From assembly GCA_049281295.1 (NCBI GenBank), contig JBAPRV010000187.1:1-45759 (forward strand): DNA of 45,759 nt. Direction: 5' to 3'. The stretch's first letter is position 1. Each line of letters opens with the position of its first letter. Positions 1 to 9,453 of this stretch are shown here, in pieces. This stretch comes from Chlamydiales bacterium. GTDB lineage: Bacteria; Chlamydiota; Chlamydiia; Chlamydiales; JAAKFR01. Under the pieces are notes generated by a model. The model saw only the letters and a list, made by a program, of their open reading frames with translations. It did not search any database and was not told the DNA's origin. The position numbers were made by a program, and so were the translations under genes.

Positions 1-1
1 A

Positions 2-328
2 TGCTGGCTTTTAAAATGCGGTTTTTCGTTTGTAGCAAATTTTGGAGGTTCTCTAATTTATTCATCTCTGCACAATGATTCCAATATTCGAGCAGAAATA
101 CTTGGCAGTACATTGCGGTTATTAAGTAAAAATAACTTTCACAAGTCTCATCCTACTATAGACTCTTTTATTGGACTGGAGTATCTAAATACATTTTGCA
201 GGTTTGGTGTAGAAGCACATATAGGCTGGGAAAATCATTTGTTTTTTCATACCAACCAATTCTCTTTAACGACTAACGGTAATTTAACTTCGCAAGGGTT
301 AACCTTAGGCGGCTCTATTATTTTCTAA
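2..328 (+). CDS. Outer-membrane beta-barrel protein, C-terminal fragment (5' end lies outside the window)
   Basis: Frame 2 is open from the window edge to TAA at 326-328. The sequence is aromatic/Gly/Asn/Thr-rich with alternating polarity, and the terminal ...GLTLGGSIIF ends in Phe, the classic OMP C-terminal signature. Confidence 0.45.
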   Translation, partial: CWLLKCGFSFVANFGGSLIYSSLHNDSNIRAEILGSTLRLLSKNNFHKSHPTIDSFIGLEYLNTFCRFGVEAHIGWENHLFFHTNQFSLTTNGNLTSQGLTLGGSIIF

Positions 329-349
329 AATAACGGGTCTTGCAGCAAG

Positions 350-652
350 TCACTCCCCAAAATGGGCATTCCAAAATAGACAGCCGGAAATACAATCCAA
401 AATAAGACTCGTTCCTAATAATATCGGAGCATATATATGTTTATTAGCAAGGCAAGCATCGTTGTGCTCGCTTTCACAATCTCTAACACTTAGAACTCCC
501 CCGGCTGCCACGCATACCATGGCGACAACAAGGCAGCAGCAAGCCCCGCCGGTTTGTTTCCACCTTCTGCCTCTGTTTAGTGTCCGTTGGATCTGGGGAG
601 GTGCAATGAGATTTCTATTGGCTTCACTTAATTCAATTGAACTCGGTATCAT
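350..652 (-). CDS. Small Cys-rich membrane protein (two hydrophobic helices), hypothetical
   Basis: The ATG at 652 lies 4 nt after the ftsH stop (TAG 659-657). Two hydrophobic stretches are present (GGACCCLVVAMVCVAAGGVLSV and IYAPILLGTSLILDCISGCLFW) with 8 Cys. There is no obvious SD and I recognise no homolog. Confidence 0.3.
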   Translation of the reverse strand: MIPSSIELSEANRNLIAPPQIQRTLNRGRRWKQTGGACCCLVVAMVCVAAGGVLSVRDCESEHNDACLANKHIYAPILLGTSLILDCISGCLFWNAHFGE

Positions 653-656
653 TTTG

Positions 657-3422
657 CTAAGTTGCACTAAGGCCGAGATCTCGACCATCATCTTTTTTCA
701 AATCTGGGGGGCGTATTGCCTCTTCTTGGGTTCTTTTAAAGAGGTTATCCTGCTCTAAAAGTCGCTCCCGTTTTACTGCGGGGTCCCATTTATTTTCAAG
801 AATGTCATTAATGTCTCTTGAATCTAGTGTTTCAAACTCGATCAACATTTGGGTCATCAGTTCCACTTCTTTTTTTCGAGCTAAAATAATGTCAGTAGCC
901 CTTTTGTGCGCTTCATCCAAAATTTGCCGCACTTCATCATCAATCGCTTTGGCTGTCTCTTCCGAGTAGTTCTTTTCATGTGGATATCCCATATGTCCCA
1001 CATTCTCTTCCCGCTCATCATACACAACAGTTCCTAGATTTTCACTCATGCCCCACTCGCAGGTCATGCTCCGGGCTATGCGTGTAGCTTGCACAATATC
1101 TTGCCGAGCCCCGCTGGAGATATCTCCAAGGAAAATTTCCTCTGCTGCACGCCCTCCCATCAAAACAGCTAACTGGTCGAGAAGCTCTCTTTTCCAATAG
1201 CTAAGTCGATTCTTTTCAGGTAAAAAGTGGGTGGCTCCAAGTGAAAGCCCTCGAGGAATAATGGTGACTTTATCCACGGGATCCGAGTGCTCTGCAACCA
1301 AACCTACAATTGCATGGCCCGATTCATGATAGGCTGTAGTGCGGCGCTCATTCTCGTCGAGCTCTAAGCTGCGGCGCTCTTTCCCGTAGAGGACCTTGTC
1401 TCGCGCTTCGGCCACATCTTGAGCAGTCACTGCAGTGCGCCCTTTTCGTGCCGCTAAAAGAGCCGCCTCATTGAGCAGATTCTCTAAATCTGCTCCTGAT
1501 GCTCCGGGGGTGCTGCGCCCTACAGCTAAAAGATCCACCGAAGGATCAATCTTGATTTTACGAGCATGTACTTTTAATATTTCGTACCGGCCTTTGATAT
1601 CAGGCAAACCAATGACAACACGCCTATCGAACCGCCCAGGTCGAAGGAGCGCTTTGTCGAGAACATCCGGCCGGTTTGTGGCCGCCATTAAAATAACCCC
1701 TTCGTTCGTGTCAAATCCGTCCATTTCTACCAAGAGCTGATTGAGGGTCTGTTCTCTCTCATCATGCCCTCCACCGATCCCGGCGCCTCGATGCCGTCCT
1801 ACTGCATCAATCTCATCAATAAAGATAATGCAAGGGGCGTTTTTCTTGGCTTGATCGAACATATCTCGTATTCTACTCGCTCCCACACCGACAAACATCT
1901 CTACAAAATCAGAACCGGCGATTAAGAAAAAGGGGCGGTCAGCTTCTCCTGCAACCGCTTTTGCCAATTGAGTTTTTCCGGTTCCCGGAGGCCCTATCAG
2001 CAGCACCCCTTTTGGAATGCGCCCTCCCAACACGGTGAATTTGGTCGGGTTTTTAAGGTAATCTACAATCTCTACCAACTCCTCTTTTGCCTCGTCAATT
2101 CCTGCCACATCCTTGAAGGTCACTTTATTGCTGCCCTTCTGCATCAGTTTTGCAGGCGACTTCCCGAAATTCATGGCGGTGCCCCCTACCCCTTTCATTT
2201 GACGAGAAAAAACGAAGTAGAGAAGCAAAGCTATCAGAGCAATCGGTAAAATCGTGAGGATGTAGCTCATGTAGTTTGGAGCCGGCTCTTCACTTTTAAA
2301 AGTTTTTTCTAAAACAAGGTTTCGAGGCTGGTCGGGGGCTTTAAAAGCGAGTCCTTTGTTTATTTTAAAGCTTTCCCACTCCTCTTTTGCATTGGCAAAC
2401 CAGTGGCTGAAGGTCTCAGGATCCTGCCTTTCAAGAGCACGGGTAGAGAGCTCTTTGTTGTTGAAAAACCAAATCATCGAAGTGGCGGTTTGGCGCGCTT
2501 TTTCGAGCTGTGCCTCATTGTGCTCTAGTTGTTGCGATAGGTGTGCATACTGCTGCATTTCCTCTTTATATTGACGGACAGATCGAAGCTCGCTTAAACG
2601 GATGTTTTCAACAGGCTGATTAAGAGTATCAACTATTGATTGAAGCTGAACTAAAACCCCCTCATAGATCCCAATTTTGGTCGCAATAGGGACCGAGGGC
2701 CCTTCCGTATCGTTGATCTCTTTTGCTAGGGTTTTGAGCCTTTGTTTCATCGACTCTGCTCCAATCCCAAGCACCGGAGAGCGGAAATTACCTAGCAAAA
2801 CGAGAAGATCGGCTTCAAAATCAGCGAGTGAATCTCGTATTTGACCGCTGCTGACTCCCCCTGTTGTTAAATTTGAATTGATTTGGGCTAAACGGCGGCG
2901 CATCGAGACAAGACTAATCATAGCCTTATCCGGGGTCTCTTTAATGACAACTGCATTTTGCCTTTCCGGAAGATCATAGGTCTCTTCTACCACACGGTAG
3001 CCGCCAACCGGCATAGGGACGCCGCTAATTTCTAAAAACAGGGAGGCGGCTTCGTGAATGTTTTGGTCGAGGTGATTGAGGCTGCTTGCCAACTCCTCTT
3101 GCCTACTTTTTAGCTCATGATTCGTTTCAAGAAGCTCCAAATACTTATAACGCCTTCTTCCCTCTTCGGTTTCACGCTCTCGAAATTTACCGCTAAAGGT
3201 AACCAAATTGTCGTTAAGCGACACTTTGCGGCTCTCCTCAGGAAGCACCAAATTCAAATTGACAAGATGCTCCACTTGGTGGCTAAAAGCTACCTTAGCT
3301 GACTTCGTCGTCATAAAGTTTTGTACCGCGATTACGACTAAAATGACGGCAAGAAGAAATAGAAAAAAAGTAGCTGGAAAGCTTTTTTTTGGTTCTGGTT
3401 TAAATTTTTTATCGTAGGCCAT
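657..3422 (-). CDS. ftsH: ATP-dependent zinc metalloprotease FtsH, long form with a ~300-aa coiled-coil-like insert between TM1 and TM2
   Basis: Walker A GPPGTGKT, Walker [13 protein letters not shown] region, and zinc site HESGHA. The N-terminal TM ([15 protein letters not shown]) and a second TM ([19 protein letters not shown]) are separated by a long helical segment. Confidence 0.97.
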   Translation of the reverse strand: MAYDKKFKPEPKKSFPATFFLFLLAVILVVIAVQNFMTTKSAKVAFSHQVEHLVNLNLVLPEESRKVSLNDNLVTFSGKFRERETEEGRRRYKYLELLETNHELKSRQEELASSLNHLDQNIHEAASLFLEISGVPMPVGGYRVVEETYDLPERQNAVVIKETPDKAMISLVSMRRRLAQINSNLTTGGVSSGQIRDSLADFEADLLVLLGNFRSPVLGIGAESMKQRLKTLAKEINDTEGPSVPIATKIGIYEGVLVQLQSIVDTLNQPVENIRLSELRSVRQYKEEMQQYAHLSQQLEHNEAQLEKARQTATSMIWFFNNKELSTRALERQDPETFSHWFANAKEEWESFKINKGLAFKAPDQPRNLVLEKTFKSEEPAPNYMSYILTILPIALIALLLYFVFSRQMKGVGGTAMNFGKSPAKLMQKGSNKVTFKDVAGIDEAKEELVEIVDYLKNPTKFTVLGGRIPKGVLLIGPPGTGKTQLAKAVAGEADRPFFLIAGSDFVEMFVGVGASRIRDMFDQAKKNAPCIIFIDEIDAVGRHRGAGIGGGHDEREQTLNQLLVEMDGFDTNEGVILMAATNRPDVLDKALLRPGRFDRRVVIGLPDIKGRYEILKVHARKIKIDPSVDLLAVGRSTPGASGADLENLLNEAALLAARKGRTAVTAQDVAEARDKVLYGKERRSLELDENERRTTAYHESGHAIVGLVAEHSDPVDKVTIIPRGLSLGATHFLPEKNRLSYWKRELLDQLAVLMGGRAAEEIFLGDISSGARQDIVQATRIARSMTCEWGMSENLGTVVYDEREENVGHMGYPHEKNYSEETAKAIDDEVRQILDEAHKRATDIILARKKEVELMTQMLIEFETLDSRDINDILENKWDPAVKRERLLEQDNLFKRTQEEAIRPPDLKKDDGRDLGLSAT

Positions 3423-3555
3423 ATTAAAAAATAAATTTACTTATCTTCACTAATTATAACAGATATGAGTAAACCCGTGAACAGTTACTACTTAACTTTG
3501 ATTCTTTATCATATAACATTAAGGGTTTCTCCATCAACAAATAAACAATAATATT

Positions 3556-4521
3556 TTACTTACTATATTTTTCTTTTTTTATGTGGATAACTCCTTGATT
3601 TAGAATAACCTTACTTTTACCTATCCGAAGTTCCTTATTCTTACTTCTTTTCTGCAGATGAGATATAACACTCTCTAAGGTCGAATGAGATAGGCACATA
3701 CCCTCCTGATCGAAGAGATCGCGCAGGATGGCCTTCCATAAAAAGGGCATTTCGGGCCATTGCGGAGTTAAATCCAGAGTAACCCCTTCTTCGTGAGCGA
3801 TTTTTGCTCGACGATAGGGCTCTAAAAAAAAAATTAAAAATTCTTCCAATTCCTCTGCCTGCTTTCCTAAACGGCAAAGGCTTGTTGAAATCGTTTTTCC
3901 AAAGCTTTTAGTAAGAATAGGAAACAGCTCTGTCCGACATCTGCCTCTCAGAAAACGGGGATCGTTATTGGTGGGATCTTGAAAATATGAAATATTGTGC
4001 CTATCAAGCCAAAACAGGATCTCTTTTTTGGAGGTGTGCAAGAAAGGGCGGAGCAAAAAGATGCCTTCTACGAATGATTTAGCTTTGAGCCCTTTGAGCT
4101 TGGGCAGACTGGCTCCCTCAAAAACCCGCTTAAGCACTGTTTCTGCTTGGTCATCTGCATGGTGGGCCAACATAACCCCTTGAAGCTGATGCTTTTTGCA
4201 TATTTCACGAAAGAAAGCCAATCTCTGTCGCCTCCCTCTCTCTTCTAAATTGCTCCTTCCCTTCTCGGCGGAAAGCTCTTGAAGATGGAAGGGGATTGCA
4301 TATTTCTCGCAAAGGGCGGCTAGATAACGGGCCTCCTCCCCGCTCTCAGGGCGCCAGCGATGATCAACATGGGCGACTTGAAATTCCCTTTTATGGGCTA
4401 TAAGAAGGTGGAAGAGGGCCATAGAATCGGGTCCTCCTGAGAGCCCCAGAAGGAGGGAAGAGCTGTCGCAGTGCCGGCGAAGAAAGTGTGAAAATAAATT
4501 TTCTATATCGTTTAATTTCAT
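3556..4521 (-). CDS. tilS: tRNA(Ile)-lysidine synthase
   Basis: PP-loop motif LGLSGGPDS near the N-terminus and an HVDHRWR block. The gene is adjacent to ftsH. Confidence 0.9.
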   Translation of the reverse strand: MKLNDIENLFSHFLRRHCDSSSLLLGLSGGPDSMALFHLLIAHKREFQVAHVDHRWRPESGEEARYLAALCEKYAIPFHLQELSAEKGRSNLEERGRRQRLAFFREICKKHQLQGVMLAHHADDQAETVLKRVFEGASLPKLKGLKAKSFVEGIFLLRPFLHTSKKEILFWLDRHNISYFQDPTNNDPRFLRGRCRTELFPILTKSFGKTISTSLCRLGKQAEELEEFLIFFLEPYRRAKIAHEEGVTLDLTPQWPEMPFLWKAILRDLFDQEGMCLSHSTLESVISHLQKRSKNKELRIGKSKVILNQGVIHIKKEKYSK

Positions 4522-4685
4522 CGTAACTGTTAGAAGTTATGCAATGAGAGAAAATAAATTCATAAAATTGAGCTTGATAGCCTAGCTGATTTAACCCTCT
4601 GGCGAGTTATTTAGTCTAAATTTATAAATTTATTTCTGAAAGTTGTATTGTACAGGCAAGATTCAATTTTGAACACCTAGAAATT

Positions 4686-5819
4686 ATGCCAATATTCGGG
4701 CTGTATCTACTCAAAAATTATCTTAAGGTTTTATTTCTTTCGCTTTTTTCATTTATCGCTATTTTACTTGTCAGCCGCCTTGAAGAGATTGCCCAGCTCG
4801 CTTCTATGGGGGCTAAAATTTCCTATATTGCGCTATTTGCCCTTTATCAGATCTCCTATCTTATGCCTGTTGCCATTTCGATCTCTTGCGTGATTTCGGC
4901 TATCCTCCTTTTCCAGCGCCTTTCCCGAACTCATGAGCTGACAGCCCTTCGTTCAAGTGGAGTTTCTCTCTACTTGATAATCTCCCCCGTCTTGATGGCA
5001 GGTGCTGTATTGGCTCTTATAAATTTTTATTTTACCTCGGAGATAGCCACAGTCTCCCATTTAGAAAGCCGGAAAAAAGTCTATAATCTAGTCTCCGTCA
5101 ATCCGCTTCTTCTTTTGCAAAACGCCAAGATCGCCAACTTGCAAGGGGCCTATATTCAAATGGATCCTATACGAAATGGAAAAGAGGTAAAAGACCTCTT
5201 AATTGTGCTCAATAACAGACCAAACAAACGTTTAAATCTCTGCCTAGCCGGTAAGGTAGTCACACATGGAGAAAAGCTTCAAGCAGAGCAAGTCAGTTTT
5301 ATTTCAAGCCTCCCTTCGGCGCAAAAAGAAGATTTTGATCCACTGATCATCGAAAACCAACAGATGCTCTCTACCTCAGCGACTGAATTAGCCTCGATAA
5401 TTGGGAAAAAAGGGTGGAAAATCACAAATGATCATCTTAAGTTCAGTCTTCTCCGAGTCCGCCAAAATGTGCTTAAAAAAGAGATTGCTATCGAAAAAGA
5501 CCCTGTCAAAAAAAGAAAGCTCAAACGGTATCTGAAAAAAAGCTACACTGAAATCGCGCGTAGAGTTTCTCTCGGTCTGGCGGCTTTCACCTTTACGCTG
5601 ATGGGAACAGCATGTGGCATGGAAATCAGCCGCAATCACACCAATCGAGGGGTTATCTCTGTGTTGATTTTAGCATCGCTCTCATTAGTATCCTTTTTTA
5701 TGGGCAAAGAGTTTGATCATCTTTTTTGGATTGCAAATCTTTTTTTTCTCCTTCCCCATCTGCTTATCACCCTCTTTTCTACATGGACATTAAGACGAGT
5801 GAACAAGGGGATCGAATAA
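4686..5819 (+). CDS. lptF: LPS export ABC permease, YjgP/YjgQ (LptF-like)
   Basis: Multi-TM protein with the N-terminal LxxYLxKxxL pattern typical of the family and a central soluble domain. Paired with a second family member through a TAATG stop/start overlap. Confidence 0.75.
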   Translation: MPIFGLYLLKNYLKVLFLSLFSFIAILLVSRLEEIAQLASMGAKISYIALFALYQISYLMPVAISISCVISAILLFQRLSRTHELTALRSSGVSLYLIISPVLMAGAVLALINFYFTSEIATVSHLESRKKVYNLVSVNPLLLLQNAKIANLQGAYIQMDPIRNGKEVKDLLIVLNNRPNKRLNLCLAGKVVTHGEKLQAEQVSFISSLPSAQKEDFDPLIIENQQMLSTSATELASIIGKKGWKITNDHLKFSLLRVRQNVLKKEIAIEKDPVKKRKLKRYLKKSYTEIARRVSLGLAAFTFTLMGTACGMEISRNHTNRGVISVLILASLSLVSFFMGKEFDHLFWIANLFFLLPHLLITLFSTWTLRRVNKGIE

Positions 5820-6904
5820 TGATGCAAATTTGGCAACGTTACCTCTTAAAAGAGCTGGCTAAAATTTTTATCCTATTTATGGGATGCTTTTATTTTCTCT
5901 ACGTATTAATCGACTATTCGGTCCACAGCAAAGCGTTTCAACAAAATGGAATCGGCCTTTTCGAGATCGCTCTTTACTACTTCTATCAATTCACCAAACG
6001 GGCCGACGTTTTGATCCCTATCGCTCTCCTCATTTCTGTTATCAAGGTGCTTACTACCTTGACACTACGCAACGAAATCGGAGCTATGGTAGTAGGAGGA
6101 CTCTCTCTTAAGCGCTTGGTGCAGCCCTTCTTGCTAGCCGCTTCTCTGTTGACTTTTTTGCTCTATATAAATTTCCACTTCTTACAACCTCGTTTTCTAA
6201 GCCGACTCCATGATTTTGAGAAAAGCTTCTTTAAAGACGCTTCTAAAGAAATGAAAACAACGAAAGTCCACTCTCTTCTTCTCAAAGATAACTCCCTTTT
6301 TGTTTATCAAAGCTTTGATTCTCAGGACAATATTTTTTTTGATTCCTATTGGTTTAAAAAAGAAGATCAATTCTATCGCATTAAAACTCTCCAGGTATCC
6401 AATCCCATTGCTGTTGGAAAGTATGTCGATACTTTAGAGCGTTCCCCTTCAGGAGAGATCGTGCGGCAAAGAAGAGATATTGAAGTCTCTTTCCCGGAGA
6501 TGCTTTTTGACAAAAAAACCCTTTTCCAGGCGGCACATCCACCTAAATGGCAATCCCTTACTCAACTTTTTCGTAATATGAACTGGACACGGGCGACATT
6601 CGGCATAGGAAAATTGAGTGACAGGGAGGCAGAAGTAGCTGTTTCTCTCTTCTATAAACTGACTATTCCGTTAACTTGTCTCTTAATTGTGATAGGGTCC
6701 GCTCCCTTTTCCGTACGTTTCGGGCGTGGATTTTCTGTCTTTAAAATATATGCCTTAGCCCTCTTCAGCATAATTACCTTTTTTACGATCTTGAACTCTT
6801 GTATGATCCTTGGAGAAAGCCAGGTGATCCCTCCTTTTGCGGCGATTTTTGGACCGCAAGTATTAGCTTTTCTTGGGTTTGGGTGGAAATATGCCAAGCT
6901 GTAG
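5819..6904 (+). CDS. lptG: LPS export ABC permease, YjgP/YjgQ (LptG-like)
   Basis: The ATG at 5819 overlaps the lptF stop (TAATG). The N-terminus MMQIWQRYLLKELAKIF is typical of the family, and the protein has 6 TM segments plus a periplasmic domain. The 5726 start in the ORF track would overlap lptF by 94 nt and is less likely. Confidence 0.75.
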   Translation: MMQIWQRYLLKELAKIFILFMGCFYFLYVLIDYSVHSKAFQQNGIGLFEIALYYFYQFTKRADVLIPIALLISVIKVLTTLTLRNEIGAMVVGGLSLKRLVQPFLLAASLLTFLLYINFHFLQPRFLSRLHDFEKSFFKDASKEMKTTKVHSLLLKDNSLFVYQSFDSQDNIFFDSYWFKKEDQFYRIKTLQVSNPIAVGKYVDTLERSPSGEIVRQRRDIEVSFPEMLFDKKTLFQAAHPPKWQSLTQLFRNMNWTRATFGIGKLSDREAEVAVSLFYKLTIPLTCLLIVIGSAPFSVRFGRGFSVFKIYALALFSIITFFTILNSCMILGESQVIPPFAAIFGPQVLAFLGFGWKYAKL

Positions 6905-7991
6905 CCAATTGTTCATCGATTTAAATCAAATCCATCAAAACTTGAATGCCATTGAAAAGAAAAAGGTTCAGGTGATGCCAATGGTGAAAGCCAATGGATA
7001 TGGAACCGATGCTCTTTTACTCTCCCGATTCCTGCAATCCTGTCACGTCCCTTTTGTGGGAGTATCTCATGTTGAAGAGGGCGTTTATTTGCGCAAAGAG
7101 GGGATCTCACTGCCTATTTTTGTGATAAACGCCCCTCCTTTTGAGGCTGAAAAAGTGGTGCGGTATCGACTGGAAGCTGCTATTAGCTCTTTTGAAGAGG
7201 CCAAAGCTTTGAATAGAGCTGCCAAACAGGCCCCCATAAATGTACATCTGTTTATCAACACAGGAATGAACCGATTCGGCGCCTCTTGTGAAAAGGCTCT
7301 TTCACTTGCCCAATATATCCAATCGGCTCGAAGCCTTAAAATGGAAGGGGTCATGACCCATCTTGCCACGACCGATTCGTCTGCTTTCAAACAAATCGCT
7401 AGATTCAAAAACGTGATTGATCACCTTTCCTCCCTCCCCCGCTGGATTCATGTAGCTAAAAGCGGCACAGTTGATTTCAATCCTCCCTTTTGCAATTTGG
7501 CACGCATCGGCTTAGGCCTATTCGACAAAGCTCTCTGTTTGCACTCTCATTTAGTCACCATCACCTCGGGAAAAAAAGGAGAAAGGGTAGGTTATGATGG
7601 AACTTTTCTAATCGAAAAAAAAGAAGCTAAAATAGGAGTCGTTCCTCTAGGGTACCATGATGGAATCCATCGCCACTATGCAGGAAAGGGATATGTCTTG
7701 ATTCATGGGAAAAAAGCACCTATGATAGGACAAATCTGCATGGATTTTATGATGGTTGACCTCACTCAAATCCCTGAAGCTAGGGTAGGAGACTTGGTCG
7801 TCTTTTTCGACTCTACCCACAGTGTTCAACGCTTTGCCGAATGGGGAAATACTAACGTACGGGAAGTAATAGCCTGCTTAGGACCACGTATTCAAAGAAT
7901 TTTTATCAAAACTGAGGACAATGATGAGTCAAGCCCAACAAGACTACAAAGCTCTTTTCAATCTCTCAAAAAAGAGTCGATTGCTCAATAG
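6891..7991 (+). CDS. alr: Alanine racemase
   Basis: PLP-lysine motif VKANGYG(T), the tail shape ...YHDG...G(Q)ICMD, and ATG 6891 preceded by GGTGGA. The last 71 nt overlap the next gene. Confidence 0.85.
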   Translation: MPSCSQLFIDLNQIHQNLNAIEKKKVQVMPMVKANGYGTDALLLSRFLQSCHVPFVGVSHVEEGVYLRKEGISLPIFVINAPPFEAEKVVRYRLEAAISSFEEAKALNRAAKQAPINVHLFINTGMNRFGASCEKALSLAQYIQSARSLKMEGVMTHLATTDSSAFKQIARFKNVIDHLSSLPRWIHVAKSGTVDFNPPFCNLARIGLGLFDKALCLHSHLVTITSGKKGERVGYDGTFLIEKKEAKIGVVPLGYHDGIHRHYAGKGYVLIHGKKAPMIGQICMDFMMVDLTQIPEARVGDLVVFFDSTHSVQRFAEWGNTNVREVIACLGPRIQRIFIKTEDNDESSPTRLQSSFQSLKKESIAQ

Positions 7992-9453
7992 CATCTCGTA
8001 CCTTCTAGAATGGGATCAAGAAACCTACATGCCGAAAGGCGCCTCTTCGATTCGCTCAGAGCAAATAGAACTGATGGCAAGCCTTATCCATAAAGAGAAA
8101 ACAAGCCGCCGTTTTGCAAAAGCTCTCGGTCGATTAATCGATCTTGATACAGGAAAAGTCATCGCCGACTCTCTCTCAACCTCGCAAAAAGCGGCCCTTA
8201 GAGAGTGGCGCCATGATTTTCTTCAAGCAGTTGCTCTTCCTGCGAGATTTGTAAAGCAATTTGCAAAACTCACCTCCCAAGCCATGGTAGCTTGGAGTCT
8301 AGCTCGCAAAAACAACACCTTCACGACATTCTCCCCTTTTCTCGAAAAAATTGTCGCTATGAGTCAAAAAAAAGCAGAGTATCTCGGGTATCAGGACCAC
8401 CCTTATGATGCTCTTCTCGATTATTTTGAGCCTGGCATGACGACAAAAGAGATCGCTCCCCTATTTGAAAAAATGAAAAAAAAGATTCAAAAGCTGCTCG
8501 AAAAGATAAAAGAGGCTCCTCCCATCGATGACAGCTGTATTCATGGCCGATTTTCAGCAGATAAACAAATGGAATTTGGACGTCATATTCTTAAAGCCAT
8601 GGGCTATGACCTTGAAAAAGGGCGGCTTGATCTATCGGAGCACCCTTTTTGCACCTCTCTGCACCCCTCAGATAGCCGCATCACAACCCGTATCCATGCC
8701 ACCTCTCTTTTCGAGTCGATCTCTGCTGTACTCCACGAAGGAGGGCATGGACTTTATGAAGCAGGATTGGTGCCTGAATATTATGGTTCCCCTCTATGTG
8801 AGGCGATCTCTTTGGGTATTCACGAAAGTCAATCTCGGCTATGGGAGACCCGCATTGGACAAAGTAGAGCCTTTTGGACAAAGTATCTTCCCGAATTGCA
8901 AAAAACCTTTCCAAAGCAATTAGAACATGTAAGCTTGGATCAATTTTATAAATCTATCAATAAAGTCACACCCTCTTTTATTCGGGTAGAGTCCGATGAG
9001 GTGACCTATTCCCTGCATATTATCTTACGCTTTGAGATCGAAACGATGTTGATCGAAGGGAAGCTTAAAACCGCCCAACTGCCCGAAGCCTGGAATGACT
9101 TAATGCAGCACTATCTCGGCATCTCCCCTCCAACCGACCGAGAGGGGTGCCTTCAAGATATTCATTGGTCTATGGGTGCATTCGGTTATTTCCCTACCTA
9201 TATACTCGGCAATCTCTATGGGGCTCAATTTTTCGAAACCTTTGAGAAAGCCTACCCCAACTGGGAAAAGGAGATAACTAAAGGCAACCTTCTTTTCCTT
9301 CGAGACTGGTTAACACAAAATATCCATCGACATGGGAGAGAGTACCGCCCTACCGAGCTTGTAAAAAAATTGACCGGCAAAGAGCTTACGGAATCTGCTT
9401 ATCTCTCCTATCTTAACAACAAGTACAAGGAGATCTATCAGTTTAGCTCTTAA
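7921..9453 (+). CDS. Carboxypeptidase Taq-type (M32) metallopeptidase
   Basis: M32 signature set: HEGGHGLYE (HExxH), HESQSRLWE, IRVESDEVTY (IRxxAD-like), GCLQDIHWS (GxxQDxHW). Confidence 0.9.
   Translation: MMSQAQQDYKALFNLSKKSRLLNSISYLLEWDQETYMPKGASSIRSEQIELMASLIHKEKTSRRFAKALGRLIDLDTGKVIADSLSTSQKAALREWRHDFLQAVALPARFVKQFAKLTSQAMVAWSLARKNNTFTTFSPFLEKIVAMSQKKAEYLGYQDHPYDALLDYFEPGMTTKEIAPLFEKMKKKIQKLLEKIKEAPPIDDSCIHGRFSADKQMEFGRHILKAMGYDLEKGRLDLSEHPFCTSLHPSDSRITTRIHATSLFESISAVLHEGGHGLYEAGLVPEYYGSPLCEAISLGIHESQSRLWETRIGQSRAFWTKYLPELQKTFPKQLEHVSLDQFYKSINKVTPSFIRVESDEVTYSLHIILRFEIETMLIEGKLKTAQLPEAWNDLMQHYLGISPPTDREGCLQDIHWSMGAFGYFPTYILGNLYGAQFFETFEKAYPNWEKEITKGNLLFLRDWLTQNIHRHGREYRPTELVKKLTGKELTESAYLSYLNNKYKEIYQFSS

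Noticed and set aside
462-758. 98-aa plus-strand ORF spanning the ftsH 3' end
   Set aside because: It overlaps both ftsH and the minus-strand small ORF in antisense, uses an alternative start, and has no motif.
1435-3417. ORFs of 61-101 aa on the plus strand inside ftsH (1435-1740, 1968-2249, 2356-2574, 3117-3302, 3208-3417)
   Set aside because: They lie antisense to a very confidently called gene, their products are low-complexity (Arg/Ser/Cys-rich), and they have no start context. These are typical shadow ORFs.
3817-3826. Homopolymer tracts of 9-10 nt in coding regions (A10 at 3817-3826 in tilS, T10 at 15261-15270 in the DJ-1 gene, A9 near 35932 in nrdB) as phase-variation switches
   Set aside because: Such tracts recur in essential genes here and simply encode Lys/Phe runs in an AT-leaning genome. 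Nothing suggests contingency-locus behaviour.
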